A DNA stretch of 64,000 nt from an uncultured delta proteobacterium (GTDB lineage: Bacteria; Desulfobacterota; Binatia; UBA9968), in NCBI GenBank assembly GCA_963816145.1, contig CAWFJP010000029.1, positions 192,001-256,000 of the forward strand, written 5' to 3'. Of the stretch, positions 47,951 to 58,372 are shown piece after piece (within the stretch, counting starts at the first letter, position 1; each line of letters starts with the position of its first letter). Both the position numbers and the translations under genes were made by a program. The notes beneath the pieces were generated by a model. The model was not told where the DNA came from. It saw nothing but the letters and a program-made list of their open reading frames with translations, and made no database searches.

Positions 47951-48439
47951 ATGCTATACCTTCCCAATTACGCGGGTTCGCTTCGCTGTATTGGTCAATC
48001 GCTGCAAAGCCAAAACATTGAAGTCTTCGAATTAAAATTCAACGTTAATGAATTTCGGCTGCAATGCGGCGATCCCAACCCACCCTACACAGGCTTGGTT
48101 GATCTAACGTTCTCAATTGATGACATCGCAATCCTTGACCGTGAAGGTCAGGCACGGCGTGGTCAGTTAAGCACGGAGATTCGCTTCGACAGTCTTCCCG
48201 AAATACTTCGCGCAATAGGAGAATACATCGATAGTAAACGTGGAATGTTACGGCGTATCAGCAACATCTGCACCGCAAATCTTGATAATCGAACTTTAGA
48301 GAGCGAATATGAAAATAGGGCGGGAGACGTGCAGTCGGAAATGCTGACACTGAGTTTTATACGTGAAATTGCCGTGCATATGTACAAGAAGCGAACTCGG
48401 CTTTCAAACCCCATCGGTTTTCTTACACGCCAGCGCTAG
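47951..48439 (+). CDS. Hypothetical protein
   Basis: 162-aa ORF with internal repeat (LRCIGQSL / LRAIGEYI) and purine-rich upstream sequence. Confidence 0.7.
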   Translation: MLYLPNYAGSLRCIGQSLQSQNIEVFELKFNVNEFRLQCGDPNPPYTGLVDLTFSIDDIAILDREGQARRGQLSTEIRFDSLPEILRAIGEYIDSKRGMLRRISNICTANLDNRTLESEYENRAGDVQSEMLTLSFIREIAVHMYKKRTRLSNPIGFLTRQR

Positions 48440-48565
48440 CATCTAGCCTTAGTAATGGACTATACGTCCCAACTGTCGGAATGATATCCCAGAGATTTGC
48501 AGCGGTCAGGGACGACGGATTCGGTTTCTCGTAGAGTTCAGTTCGATCCTGGGAGCGCCACTTGG

Positions 48566-48755
48566 TTACTTGATCACCCGATTCGTCCGCACCAACACAT
48601 TTGGCGGGATCGTCAGGCCGAACTGCTTAGCGGCTTTCATATTGACGATGAACTCAAACTTTTTCGGGTACTCGACAGGCAGTTCGGCTGGCTATGTGCC
48701 GTTCCGGATCTTATCGACATACATTGCGACGCGACGGAACAAGTCGGGGACGCTT
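48566..48755 (-). pseudogene. 3'-end remnant of a PF04392-type ABC substrate-binding gene
   Basis: SVPDLFRRVAMYVDKIRNGT*PAELPVEYPKKFEFIVNMKAAKQFGLTIPPNVLVRTNRVIK*. Confidence 0.85.
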
Positions 48756-49168
48756 CTAACTCGAATCATAAAATTGCCTAAAACCGTCGTTTTATTGATC
48801 AGTATTGATGCTGAGACCAAAAATTTGGCCGAAAATGAACTAACTACTAGTTGGTCAAGAAGATCTTGAATTGAAGAAATGCCAGCGTTCAATTGATGGC
48901 GAATGACCGAACACTTATGTCCAACGTCGACCACCCGGAGGGGGGAGTCTTTATGGAGTGCAGCACAGGCTACGACCTACAGAAGGAAATTCGAGGTATA
49001 ATACAACCGAAACACGGTTTCCGCGCCGGAGAAACGTACCATTGAAAATGCTAATGGGAGAAGATCGAATGACAACGAAGAGACTGCCGTCAAGGCGCGA
49101 TGGTAGGTCGTGAATTACCCTATCTCGGCGCTGCAAAGTCACCATCCATCAACAAACATCGCAGCAGG

Positions 49169-50159
49169 TTATTTAATCACTTTATCCGCTTGGACGAGAA
49201 TGTTTTGTGGGACGGTAATGCCAATTTGCTGGGACGTTTTGAGATTGACATAAATTTCAAATCTTGATGCCAGCTTCACCGGCATATCGCCAGGCTTAGC
49301 TCCTTTTAGAATGTCGACGACATAATCGGCGGCGCGGGAGTATAAGTCGACGAGGTTTGCTCCGTAGGACATCATCCCACCAGCCGCGACATATCTAGCT
49401 TCTTCAGTCATAGATGGTATGCGATTTTTGAGTGCGTGGTCAAAGAGTTGTTTTGCATGTTGAAAGATTAGGGCATTTCCAACCACAATGACGCCGTCTA
49501 CTCGTGACGTCTTCGCGGACTGAAAAGCGGCCGTGAAGTTAGGATGATGGTCCTCGTACATCGAGTGATTGAAGATCTAGTTTGAACGCACGCGCAGCCG
49601 CCTCGTACTCTTTGACGGCGATTGCTGGTCCTGGTCCATCCGCGTCCCACAGCACCGCGACTCGTGACATCTTGGGCAGCACATCCCTCAGAAGTTCCAC
49701 ACGCTTCGCGCTGAGCTCACGTCCGAGCCATGCAAGCCCGGTGACGTTACCACCGGGATGCGCGTAGCTATCCACGTATCCTGCGGCGACCGGATCAACT
49801 GAACTCAGCATAACAATGGGTATTGACTTGGTCGCTTTTTTAGCCGCGCGTATTAGCACGTTATTAACGGCCACTATTACGTCAACTTTCTGTTGTACTA
49901 ACTCATTTGCGAGCCCGGGCATTCGATCAAGCCTGCCCTCCGCATAGCGGCGTTCGATCAATACATTCTTTCCCTCGATGTATTCCAATGCCCGCAATCT
50001 TTGCTGGAATGCCTCAAACCACGGGTTGGGACTCTCAGGAGCGCCGGTGGAAAATATGAACCCCACGCGAGGCATCGTGTTGGTCGCCGGTTGAGCCTCT
50101 GTTGCATCGCAAGACCCCAATAGGACGATTGCTACCACGCTGATGATCCAAAATTTCAT
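49169..50159 (-). CDS. ABC substrate-binding protein (PF04392/COG2984 type), frameshift near 49545
   Basis: DPVAAGYVDSYAHPGGNVTG, KRVELL, then GGMMSYG, ILKGAKPGDMPV, ADKVIK in another frame. Confidence 0.82.
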
Positions 50160-50506
50160 GCTCTTCCTCTTGTTGATATCGACGCTAACAATTCTCTCCC
50201 TTAACAATTTTGGTTCGTGGCTCACCAGATTTATGATTTTAGTCTTATGGTCGTGCCAATGCAATGAATTCTATTTAGGGGGAGAAGTCCGCCTGTAATT
50301 TCTTGAATCGTACTGTCTATCCGGCAGGGGAATCTTGGATCGACCGCAGGTAGATTGCGAGGATTGTAAGGTTGGGGTGAGCGGAAACGGTCGGTCGGAC
50401 GGGAGAAAAGTAACAGCCTCCGGTGCTGACCTGAGGACACTAACTCCGCCAGAATGGTCGCCCGCATCTCTGCTGTGGTGTTTTGTTCGAATCTAAGAAA
50501 AATTAC

Positions 50507-51562
50507 CTAGGAATGAGATCCCATAGATTGAGTTGAGCTGCTGCGGAAACGACGACTTACTGGGTCGTAGATCAGAGGCGTAGGGGATATCCCAAGCAGT
50601 CGTTTAAGAAGCTTCATCTTCGGGTGTATGGCAAATACCATTCCTGCTCCACCACTTTTCCCGCCGGAACGCGTCGCTTTGGCTGCCCCGCCTAATTGCT
50701 CAATAACTCTTATTAGTGATCGCACGCGGGGCGGCACAACACCCAGACTTATCTGCCCCCGATTGTGATCGGGAAATACACGGAGAGGATCTTCCCCGGA
50801 TAACAATCTTTCTGTACAGTTACCAATCGTATCAAGAGATCTCCTAAGCCGCTCGTTCTTGGGCGCACGTTTCTTGAGTCGCTGCAGGATTCTGGACGTG
50901 GGCTCGACCGGTGTGCCCGTGTCAAAAAGAACTCCTTTTTCTAAACTTTTGGGCAATTCAATAAATTCGTATTTGCCGTTGGCAATAACTATTGGGCGTT
51001 CCTCCCAGATAGCGGCAAAATCGATACCGCTATGCCCCTTATTGATTTCGTCCTCAATGGCGAGAGCCTCGTTCTTGCAGTTGTCTCCCATAAAACATCG
51101 GGCAAGTGCGACGACGACCGCAGTTGAGCTTCCCATTCCCTTTCCCAGCGGGAGTGTATTCTGGACAGTAAGTTTGCCCGAAAGACGACCGACGCGAATC
51201 TCGATTAGCGATATAATTTTCTGGACAGTAGATAGCCACACGCTTTCATCGCCCTGGCCAGCCCAGACCAGTTGCAACGCTGTTTCTGATTTATCACTTT
51301 GGTCCCAGGTCACTGTTATATGCATGTCTACAGGAACTGCTATAGCGCGTTTACCGTAGGCGTTGGAAATATTTCCGCTTACTATAATCTTGCCGCATGC
51401 ATGCGTAACTCTTCCTACTGGGGTTGGCTCTTGCTCTCGGATCACATTGCCACGGGACCCCTGTTCGCGGTCCGTACGAAATCGCCTTCTACTTCCGTTT
51501 AGAATCGTAGGTTTTGGATCATCCATAAAATTGTCCGGATCACGCAGCGCTGAAGAATCCAT
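50507..51562 (-). CDS. Divergent mevalonate-kinase-like GHMP kinase
   Basis: ACGKIIVSG, LPLGKGMGSSTA (GHMP ATP loop), SGID, GGAAK...GGAG; start uncertain. Confidence 0.8.
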   Translation of the reverse strand: MDSSALRDPDNFMDDPKPTILNGSRRRFRTDREQGSRGNVIREQEPTPVGRVTHACGKIIVSGNISNAYGKRAIAVPVDMHITVTWDQSDKSETALQLVWAGQGDESVWLSTVQKIISLIEIRVGRLSGKLTVQNTLPLGKGMGSSTAVVVALARCFMGDNCKNEALAIEDEINKGHSGIDFAAIWEERPIVIANGKYEFIELPKSLEKGVLFDTGTPVEPTSRILQRLKKRAPKNERLRRSLDTIGNCTERLLSGEDPLRVFPDHNRGQISLGVVPPRVRSLIRVIEQLGGAAKATRSGGKSGGAGMVFAIHPKMKLLKRLLGISPTPLIYDPVSRRFRSSSTQSMGSHS

Positions 51563-52280
51563 TGAGACTTGTATATGGAGTCAAACCGCCAAAATTATAT
51601 GAAAAACGATCTATCAATTTGCGGTCTCGAATCCGTACTAATTCTGCAAGGTCGGAGGTATAGTAACCTACCTCGCGCAGGTGTTCAGATGTATTCTTTT
51701 TTTCCAGCCCAAGTACGTAATCGTGCAATTCTGTGGCTGTTGCTCCGATGCTGTCGAAGAAGGCGACCAGATCTCCTCGCAGGGATTCGAGTCGGCAGAA
51801 ATGCACGTCGTCTGGGTTTCCAAAAAGTTGCGTGAAGCGAAAACTGTAGTAACTCACTCCGGTGCCGCGTACCTTGCGCATGGAGTCTTTGGTAATGTTG
51901 GGGATGTTTCTCTTGTTCAAATCAACCTGCTCGGGAAGCATCTCAATCAGAGCATCAAGTCGTTCATTGTCAGTGCCAAGATTGAGAGCGTTACGCGTGG
52001 TGCCTACAAAATCGAGCTTTCCATTGTCGCTCAACCAAGAGAAGAGGAGGCTCCCTGAGTTTCTTGGTCGCACATGTTCATACCATGAGACGTAGAAATC
52101 CCAAGGGTTTCTGATCGTCCCAAGTATCGGCAGATGGGCGTATTCTTTGGGCAGAAGCTCTCGGGGCAAATGATAACCAAGCTCAAAAGCAGTCGGAAAG
52201 AATTTTTTTACCACGTCATAAACGAAGGTCCCACCCGCACGGGGGAAATGAATAAATACAAATTTATCCGTAATAAGCAT
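51540..52280 (-). CDS. Sulfotransferase-like protein (Sulfotransfer_2 type)
   Basis: FVFIHFPRAGGT and IRNPWDFYVSWY PAPS-binding-like motifs; RLESL, N.S, YY...D...F.Y.F tail. Confidence 0.75.
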   Translation of the reverse strand: MLITDKFVFIHFPRAGGTFVYDVVKKFFPTAFELGYHLPRELLPKEYAHLPILGTIRNPWDFYVSWYEHVRPRNSGSLLFSWLSDNGKLDFVGTTRNALNLGTDNERLDALIEMLPEQVDLNKRNIPNITKDSMRKVRGTGVSYYSFRFTQLFGNPDDVHFCRLESLRGDLVAFFDSIGATATELHDYVLGLEKKNTSEHLREVGYYTSDLAELVRIRDRKLIDRFSYNFGGLTPYTSLNGFFSAA

Positions 52281-53225
52281 AATTGTGCCCTTCTATTTAA
52301 AGCTCTCAATGAGCTTTTTGGTTAACTGCATTACCTGAAATTTCGTTAGGGTCGGATTTTTACCTCAGAATGCCTATGATTGTCAATTAGTTTCAAACAG
52401 TGACAATAATTACCTACAGTTGAGACCTATCACAAAGCAATCACTATGCATTGCGACAGCGATTTACCGCAGCAATATGAAGTAATGTCTTAGGTTGGTG
52501 TCCGAATGTCTATGGGGTTCGATTTTTGAACCGAAGCGTTCAGATAGTCAGCGCAATCTTTTTATTGCGATGCTATACGGCCATCTGAGCGCCGCAGTTA
52601 AGGTGAATTGCTCGTTGATGGAGCGATTCCAATCGCTGAGATGCGCAGAAATTCACTTCTCACATGAATTGCCGATTGGGGCGAAAATAGGCGGCATCCC
52701 GATGAATCACGAATCCGGGCAGCAATACTCCTTGTTTGGCGACGTACGCATCATGCGTTCGAAGGAAACCATTGATGCTACCAGGCGTTAGTTTAGAAGT
52801 TTAATGGACGGTGGAACTCTGATTCTCCTGTGGCGACTCGAGACAACTTGATTCTAGGCTTTCTCTCTTGTTGAGGCACAGCGCTTTGATTCTCTCCTCA
52901 GGTCAGTTTCTGTGCATTTTACGATTCGGTGGGCGACCAGAATTTCGAGTAGCTCAGAGTTCTCACGCGATTGAGGCGTGCGTCCGCCGTTACGCCATTT
53001 TCAGCAGGTTTTATCCAATGTCCATCGATGTGAGCGCAGGTAATCCCGGTAGAGCAGCCATGTTTCTTTGACTATTGCTGTCATGAAGACTCGAAGCGCA
53101 TGATGTCCTTGCGCCGCTTGCGTACCCCGAGTTTACGTGGCGAGTCCGAGACGGGACGTAATCGAGGTTTGTATAGGGAGCGCCTGTTTAAAACCGAATA
53201 TGGCAGATTGCAGTCACTTCCGATG

Positions 53226-54257
53226 CTAAAAGAGTCTCCGTGCCCGATCGATTAACAGCCAACAGATCATTGCCATCACAGCCGATGCGGGGATGGTGAG
53301 GATCCAGGCCCAGACGATTCGGCCGGCGACGTTCCAGCGCACGGAGCGGAGCCGGCGCAGGGAGCCGACGCCAACGATGGCGCCGGTGATTGTATGAGTG
53401 GTCGATACAGGAATGCCGAAATGGGCTGCACCAAAAAGCGTAAATGCACCGGCGGCTTCGGCGGCAAATCCACCCATAGGTTGAAGTTTGGTGATGCGCG
53501 AACCCATGGTGTGGACGATGCGCCAGCCGCCGGAGAGGGTGCCTAAGCCGATGGCAGCGTGGGCCATTAAGACGATCCAAAATGGGATGGCCATCTTGCC
53601 CGCAGCGTCGCTGACGTAGCCGCGATATTCGGGCACAATAAACAATGCGCCGGCGATGATGCCCATGGTTTTTTGCGCGTCGTTGGTGCCGTGACCGAGA
53701 CTGTACGCGGCCGCCGATATGAGCTGGCCCCGTCTGAATATATGGTCGACGTTTGCGGGAATCGATCGTTTAAAAATGTTTAAGATCGCCACCAAATTTA
53801 TCATGCCGAGCGCCATGCCGAGGAGCGGCGCAATGATGATAAAAGTTAGTGTGCTGATCCAACCTCCTGGTATGATGATCCCTAGGCCGGCCTTGGCGAT
53901 GCCGGCGCCGGCGAGGCCGCCGATCAGGGCATGGGAGGAGCTGGTCGGCAGACCGACGTACCAGGTGATCAAGTCCCATGCAATCGCGCCGATCAGTGCC
54001 GCGAGAATGACATAAGAGTCGACCTGGTTGACGTCGAGCAGGCCGCTGCCGATGGTCTTTGCGACCGCGGTGCCGAAGGTAAAGGCGGCGACGAAATTCC
54101 AAAACGCCGCCCACACCACGCCTTGCATGGGTGTCAAGACCCGGGTCGACACCACCGTGGCGATGGAATTGGCGGCGTCGTGAAAACCGTTGACGTAGTC
54201 GAAGGCGAGGGCTACGGCGATAATGAAGATCGTCAGAAGCAGAACCGGATCAGCCAT
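53226..54257 (-). CDS. pit: Inorganic phosphate transporter, PiT family
   Basis: NGFHDAANSIAT, GLPTSSSHAL, HGTNDAQKTMG, GIPVSTTH. Confidence 0.96.
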   Translation of the reverse strand: MADPVLLLTIFIIAVALAFDYVNGFHDAANSIATVVSTRVLTPMQGVVWAAFWNFVAAFTFGTAVAKTIGSGLLDVNQVDSYVILAALIGAIAWDLITWYVGLPTSSSHALIGGLAGAGIAKAGLGIIIPGGWISTLTFIIIAPLLGMALGMINLVAILNIFKRSIPANVDHIFRRGQLISAAAYSLGHGTNDAQKTMGIIAGALFIVPEYRGYVSDAAGKMAIPFWIVLMAHAAIGLGTLSGGWRIVHTMGSRITKLQPMGGFAAEAAGAFTLFGAAHFGIPVSTTHTITGAIVGVGSLRRLRSVRWNVAGRIVWAWILTIPASAVMAMICWLLIDRARRLF

Positions 54258-54879
54258 TTTTGATAACCACGCGCTGCAGTACGTCGGCGATGTCTTCCAT
54301 CCGGTCGGTGGCTTCTTCGAGCATTTCGTAGATCTCTTTCCAGCGAATCAGATTGAACAGATCTTCCTTGTGATTGACGATGTCGACCAGCGCTTCGCGT
54401 AGCATTCGGTCGCCATTATTCTCGATGGTGTTTATCTCCTTGATATGCTCGGTGACCAGGCGAAAGTTTTTTTTCTCGCGCAGGTTGGGCATCGCCTCGT
54501 GCAGTTCGGCGGCGCCGCTGCGGATCAACTGCGCAAGCTGGCGCGCCCGCTCGGTGGGCGTTTCGATTTGGAATATGACCATGCGCACGGCGGTCGCCTC
54601 GATCCCGTCTATGGCGTCGTCGAGGGCAGAGATCAGCCGCTCGATATCTTCGCTGTCGAGCGGGATGATCAGCGTGTGCATCAACAGGTGCATGACCTCA
54701 TGGACGATAAAGTCGCCGCGATGCTCCAATTCGGTGATATGGGCGACCTTGGCTTCGACATTTTCATAGTGATCGAACATGTCCTGCAACGCGGTTGCGG
54801 CGTCCAATAGGTTGCCGGTAGCTTTCTCAAACCACTCATAGAATTTGGTCTCCGCCGGCAGAAACTGAAATTTCGCCAT
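54250..54879 (-). CDS. DUF47 phosphate transport regulator (Pit accessory, PhoU-like)
   Basis: LEHRGD, PLDSEDI..L...LDD, ENNGD, WKEIYE.LE.ATD; ATG 54879 with GGAG RBS; overlaps pit start. Confidence 0.92.
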   Translation of the reverse strand: MAKFQFLPAETKFYEWFEKATGNLLDAATALQDMFDHYENVEAKVAHITELEHRGDFIVHEVMHLLMHTLIIPLDSEDIERLISALDDAIDGIEATAVRMVIFQIETPTERARQLAQLIRSGAAELHEAMPNLREKKNFRLVTEHIKEINTIENNGDRMLREALVDIVNHKEDLFNLIRWKEIYEMLEEATDRMEDIADVLQRVVIKNG

Positions 54880-54920
54880 TATTTCTCCACAATATACGTC
54901 AAACGTTAGATTAAGGGACC

Positions 54921-54959
54921 CGAAAAAACGAAACGCGTGATACGTATCACGCGTTTCGT
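54921..54959 (-). terminator. Perfect 32-bp palindrome plus U-tract (intrinsic terminator-like)
   Basis: acgaaacgcgtgatac|gtatcacgcgtttcgt (54928-54959), followed on the minus strand by TTTTT. Confidence 0.7.
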
Positions 54960-55138
54960 AGTCCTTCAACTAAAGCGGCAAGATTTGGCGGGAAATGCCG
55001 ATGTCGGATTCTTGGATGAATCGAATCGCCAACGGATATACGGCTCTCGGCTGGGTGGCGACGCAAAGGTCGCGCGCGCAATGGAAAACTTGTGGCTGTG
55101 ATTCCGTCTTCTATTTGGCTGCGCCAAGAATCACTGCT

Positions 55139-56968
55139 TCACATTAACAGTATCCCTTCGTTAGCCGTTGCGTCCGCCACCATTGGCAAATGGACGCTAA
55201 TGGTCGTGCCCTTGTTCAACTCGCTGGAGATTTTGAGTTCGCCGCGATGGGCCTGGACGATGTGCTTGACGATTGCTAGGCCGAGGCCGGTGCCGCCAAG
55301 ATCGCGCGACCTTGCCTTGTCCACACGGTAAAAGCGTTCAGTCAGTCGAGGTAGATCTTTTTCGGGGATTCCCACGCCGCTGTCTGCGACGGCGATCTCG
55401 ATTTGCCTCACGCCGCTGTCGTCCGTTTCGCATTCGGCCGCGCTCAGCGTCACTTTGCCGCCCGGCGGCGTATATTTGACGGCGTTGTCGACAAGGTTGA
55501 TGAGAAGCTGCTGCAAGCGATCCGGGTCGCCGCTGATCTTACCGCATGGTGTGCCAATCTTCTGGGTGAGTTTGATATCTTTCTTGGCCGCCCGGTCCCA
55601 GAAAACTTCGAGGGTTTGCTGCACTAGTCTTGCCGTATCCACCGGCTTTGGCGTGATCTGAATCTTGCCTGACTCGAGATCGGATAACGTCAATAGGTCT
55701 TCGGTCAACCGGCCGAGCCTTTCGGCATGGCGCTCGATAATTTCGAGAAACTGCTGCCGGTCTTCGGCCTTACCCGGGGGGGAATGGATCAGTGTTTCCA
55801 CGTAACCTTGGATGGCCGTCAATGGGGTGCGCAATTCATGCGAGACGTTGGCGACAAAGTCGGAGCGGATGGTCTCGAGCTGTTTAATTTTCGTGACATC
55901 GTGAAAGACGAGGATGGAGCCCAAGGTCATGCGTTGGGGATTGCGCAGTGGCGCGGCGTTGACGCTGAACCAATAGCCATCCTCCAATTCGATCTCTCGG
56001 CTGAAGGTCTGACTGGTAAAATCAAATCTCAAAACTTCCTCGAGAATCGCATGAATTTCCGGATGGCGAGAAAGTTCTAAAATCGACACCCCAAAAACCT
56101 CGCGTCCCGGAGGCACATGAAACATTCCTCTGGCTTGGTCGTTGACGACGAGCACGTTGCCCTTGGGGTCAAGCACTAGGACTCCCTCTATCATGCACCG
56201 TAATATCGAATCGGCCTTCTCTTTTTCGCTGATGATATCGGTGAGGTTGTCGCGAATCCGCTGGCACATGTCGTTGAGATGCTGCTCCAAGAGGCCGAAT
56301 TCGTCTTGATTGTAGCTCGGAAAAAAATCTTGCGGAAAGCTTCCTTGGGCGATCTTGCCTGAAAACTGCACCAACCGTTGGACACGCCGGCTAAGATAGC
56401 TGGAAAACCACCAAGCGAGCATCAGACTGGCCAGAGACGCGACCAGCAAGCCGGCGAATAAGGAGCGGCGCATATTACGGTTCACATCGTCGAACTCTTT
56501 CAAAGGGATCGAAATGCGGACAATACGTTGCTGCTTCTCGCCGCGCTGATAAAAGGCCCGGTACAGCATGTCGAAACCAACGGTGGTGCTGTAGCGCTGC
56601 GAGCTGGCGGTGGTCGATTTTAGCGCATCGATGATCTCGGGGCGGCGCCCATGATTCTCCATTTTTTCCGAAGACTCGGCAGAATCGCCCAACACTTTGC
56701 CATCAATGGCGATGACGGTGATGCGCACGCCCAGTTCGCCGGCGAGTTGGCGGCAGATCTCGTCGAGGTCGGCGCCTTCTACGCCGAAGGGCAACACTCG
56801 GCTGAGCAAGTGGGCCTCCTGCTCCATTCGATTGCCGAGGGTTGCGATGTGAAAATCGCGAATTAGGCTGTTGGAAGAAACGTAAAATCCCAGAACAAGC
56901 AGCAGTGCGACCGCCAAGTAGGAGAAGAAAACTTTGTTGACGAGACTAAGATTCCAGAGCCTTTTCAT
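55139..56968 (-). CDS. phoR: Phosphate regulon sensor histidine kinase
   Basis: TM-HAMP-PAS; FVANVSHELRTPLT, NLVDNAVKY, ERFYRVDKARSR..GGTGLGLAIVKH. Confidence 0.93.
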   Translation of the reverse strand: MKRLWNLSLVNKVFFSYLAVALLLVLGFYVSSNSLIRDFHIATLGNRMEQEAHLLSRVLPFGVEGADLDEICRQLAGELGVRITVIAIDGKVLGDSAESSEKMENHGRRPEIIDALKSTTASSQRYSTTVGFDMLYRAFYQRGEKQQRIVRISIPLKEFDDVNRNMRRSLFAGLLVASLASLMLAWWFSSYLSRRVQRLVQFSGKIAQGSFPQDFFPSYNQDEFGLLEQHLNDMCQRIRDNLTDIISEKEKADSILRCMIEGVLVLDPKGNVLVVNDQARGMFHVPPGREVFGVSILELSRHPEIHAILEEVLRFDFTSQTFSREIELEDGYWFSVNAAPLRNPQRMTLGSILVFHDVTKIKQLETIRSDFVANVSHELRTPLTAIQGYVETLIHSPPGKAEDRQQFLEIIERHAERLGRLTEDLLTLSDLESGKIQITPKPVDTARLVQQTLEVFWDRAAKKDIKLTQKIGTPCGKISGDPDRLQQLLINLVDNAVKYTPPGGKVTLSAAECETDDSGVRQIEIAVADSGVGIPEKDLPRLTERFYRVDKARSRDLGGTGLGLAIVKHIVQAHRGELKISSELNKGTTISVHLPMVADATANEGILLM

Positions 56969-57665
56969 CGAACTTGTAGCCGACTCCGCGCAGCGTCAGT
57001 ATCCATTGCGGATTACTATCGTCTTTTTCAATCGCTTTGCGCAAGCGGCGAATATGCACATCGACGGTGCGCGGGGTGACGAAGGTGTCCCCGCCCCAGA
57101 CGCGATCGAGAAGTTGATCGCGGTTGAGTACCCGGTTGGGGTTCTGCACGAGAAATTTCAACAGCTCGAACTCCTTAAGGGTTAACTTGATTGGTTTGCT
57201 CTGCACTGAAACTTCGTAGGTGGCAAAATCGATCTTTAGCCCGCCTTTTTGATAGGCCGGCAGAGTCTCAGTCTGGCCGGTGCCGTTAGTCCGGCGCAAG
57301 ATAGCCCGCACCCGGGCGACCAACTCACGCGGGCTGAAAGGTTTGGCCAAATAGTCGTCCGCGCCAAGTTCCAGACCCAGGACGCGGTCCGCTTCGCCGG
57401 ACTTGGCGGTCAACATGAGGATCGGCAGTTTTGCGGTATCATCTTGGCCACGAAGCGTTCGACAAAGCTCCAAACCTGACATTCCCGGCATCATCAGATC
57501 GAGGATGACCAGGCTCGGTTTGTCGCGGTGAATCAGTTTAAGCGCTTGGTCGCCGTTTTCAGCTTCGATAACTTTGTAGTGGTCTTGAGTGAGGTTGTAA
57601 TGCACCAGTTTGCGAATATCGGGCTCGTCCTCAACGACGAGGATCTTGTATGCGGCGTTACCCAT
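56946..57665 (-). CDS. phoB: Phosphate regulon response regulator (OmpR family)
   Basis: LDLMMPG, GADDYLAKPFS, RTVDVHIRRLR; lies between phoU and phoR. Confidence 0.92.
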   Translation of the reverse strand: MGNAAYKILVVEDEPDIRKLVHYNLTQDHYKVIEAENGDQALKLIHRDKPSLVILDLMMPGMSGLELCRTLRGQDDTAKLPILMLTAKSGEADRVLGLELGADDYLAKPFSPRELVARVRAILRRTNGTGQTETLPAYQKGGLKIDFATYEVSVQSKPIKLTLKEFELLKFLVQNPNRVLNRDQLLDRVWGGDTFVTPRTVDVHIRRLRKAIEKDDSNPQWILTLRGVGYKFDEKALES

Positions 57666-57671
57666 AATTTG

Positions 57672-58370
57672 CTAAACCGACGGCGGCACTTCCTTCATGT
57701 GGCGAATGCTTTTCCCTTTGACCATGAAGATCACCATTTCGGCGATGTTGGTCGCGTGATCGGCGATGCGCTCGAGATACTTCGAGATCGAACTGATTTT
57801 GGTCGCGCGGCTGATGGTTTGGGCGTTTTCAAGCATGAACGTTAGGGTCTCGCGGAAGATTTGCGCGTTCAGGTCATCGACATCGGCATCGTCCTTACAC
57901 ACCTTGAGCGCGAGATCGGTGTCTTCTCGGACGAAGGCGTCGAGGCTTTCGTGAATCATCCGCTGGGAAATGCGCGCCATGCGCGGAATGTCGATATAGG
58001 GTTTGAGCTGCGGCTCCTGGTTCAGTTCAAGAGCGCGCTCGCAGATATTCACCGCCATGTCGCCAATCCGCTCGAGATCGGTGGTGATCTTAAGTCCGGT
58101 CGTAATCAGGCGCAGATCGATGCCGGCGGGCTGGTGCAGGGCGAGCAGCTTGATGCACAATTCGTCGATTTCCACATCCAACCGGTTTACTTCATGGTCG
58201 CGTTCGATGATGATGTTGGCGAGATCGGAATCCCGGTCGACCAAAGCTTTGATCGATTTCTGAATTTGATCTTCGACCAGTCCGCCCATGTAAAGAATTT
58301 CTTCACGTAGTTTGGATAGCTCTTCTTCGTATTTCTTGTCTGTATGTTGTGTCGTCATCCCTTCCTCCAA
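57672..58370 (-). CDS. phoU: Phosphate signalling protein PhoU
   Basis: QPAGIDLR, DLERIGD, LERIADHATNIAE. Confidence 0.96.
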   Translation of the reverse strand: MEEGMTTQHTDKKYEEELSKLREEILYMGGLVEDQIQKSIKALVDRDSDLANIIIERDHEVNRLDVEIDELCIKLLALHQPAGIDLRLITTGLKITTDLERIGDMAVNICERALELNQEPQLKPYIDIPRMARISQRMIHESLDAFVREDTDLALKVCKDDADVDDLNAQIFRETLTFMLENAQTISRATKISSISKYLERIADHATNIAEMVIFMVKGKSIRHMKEVPPSV

Positions 58371-58372
58371 GA

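Noticed and set aside
50270-50500. Possible riboswitch or ncRNA upstream of the PF04392 gene
   Set aside because: No recognisable aptamer consensus or convincing stem pattern by eye.
52300-53200. Short ORFs 52495-52791 and 52868-53071
   Set aside because: TTG starts, no recognisable motifs or clear RBS; probably decayed or non-coding DNA.
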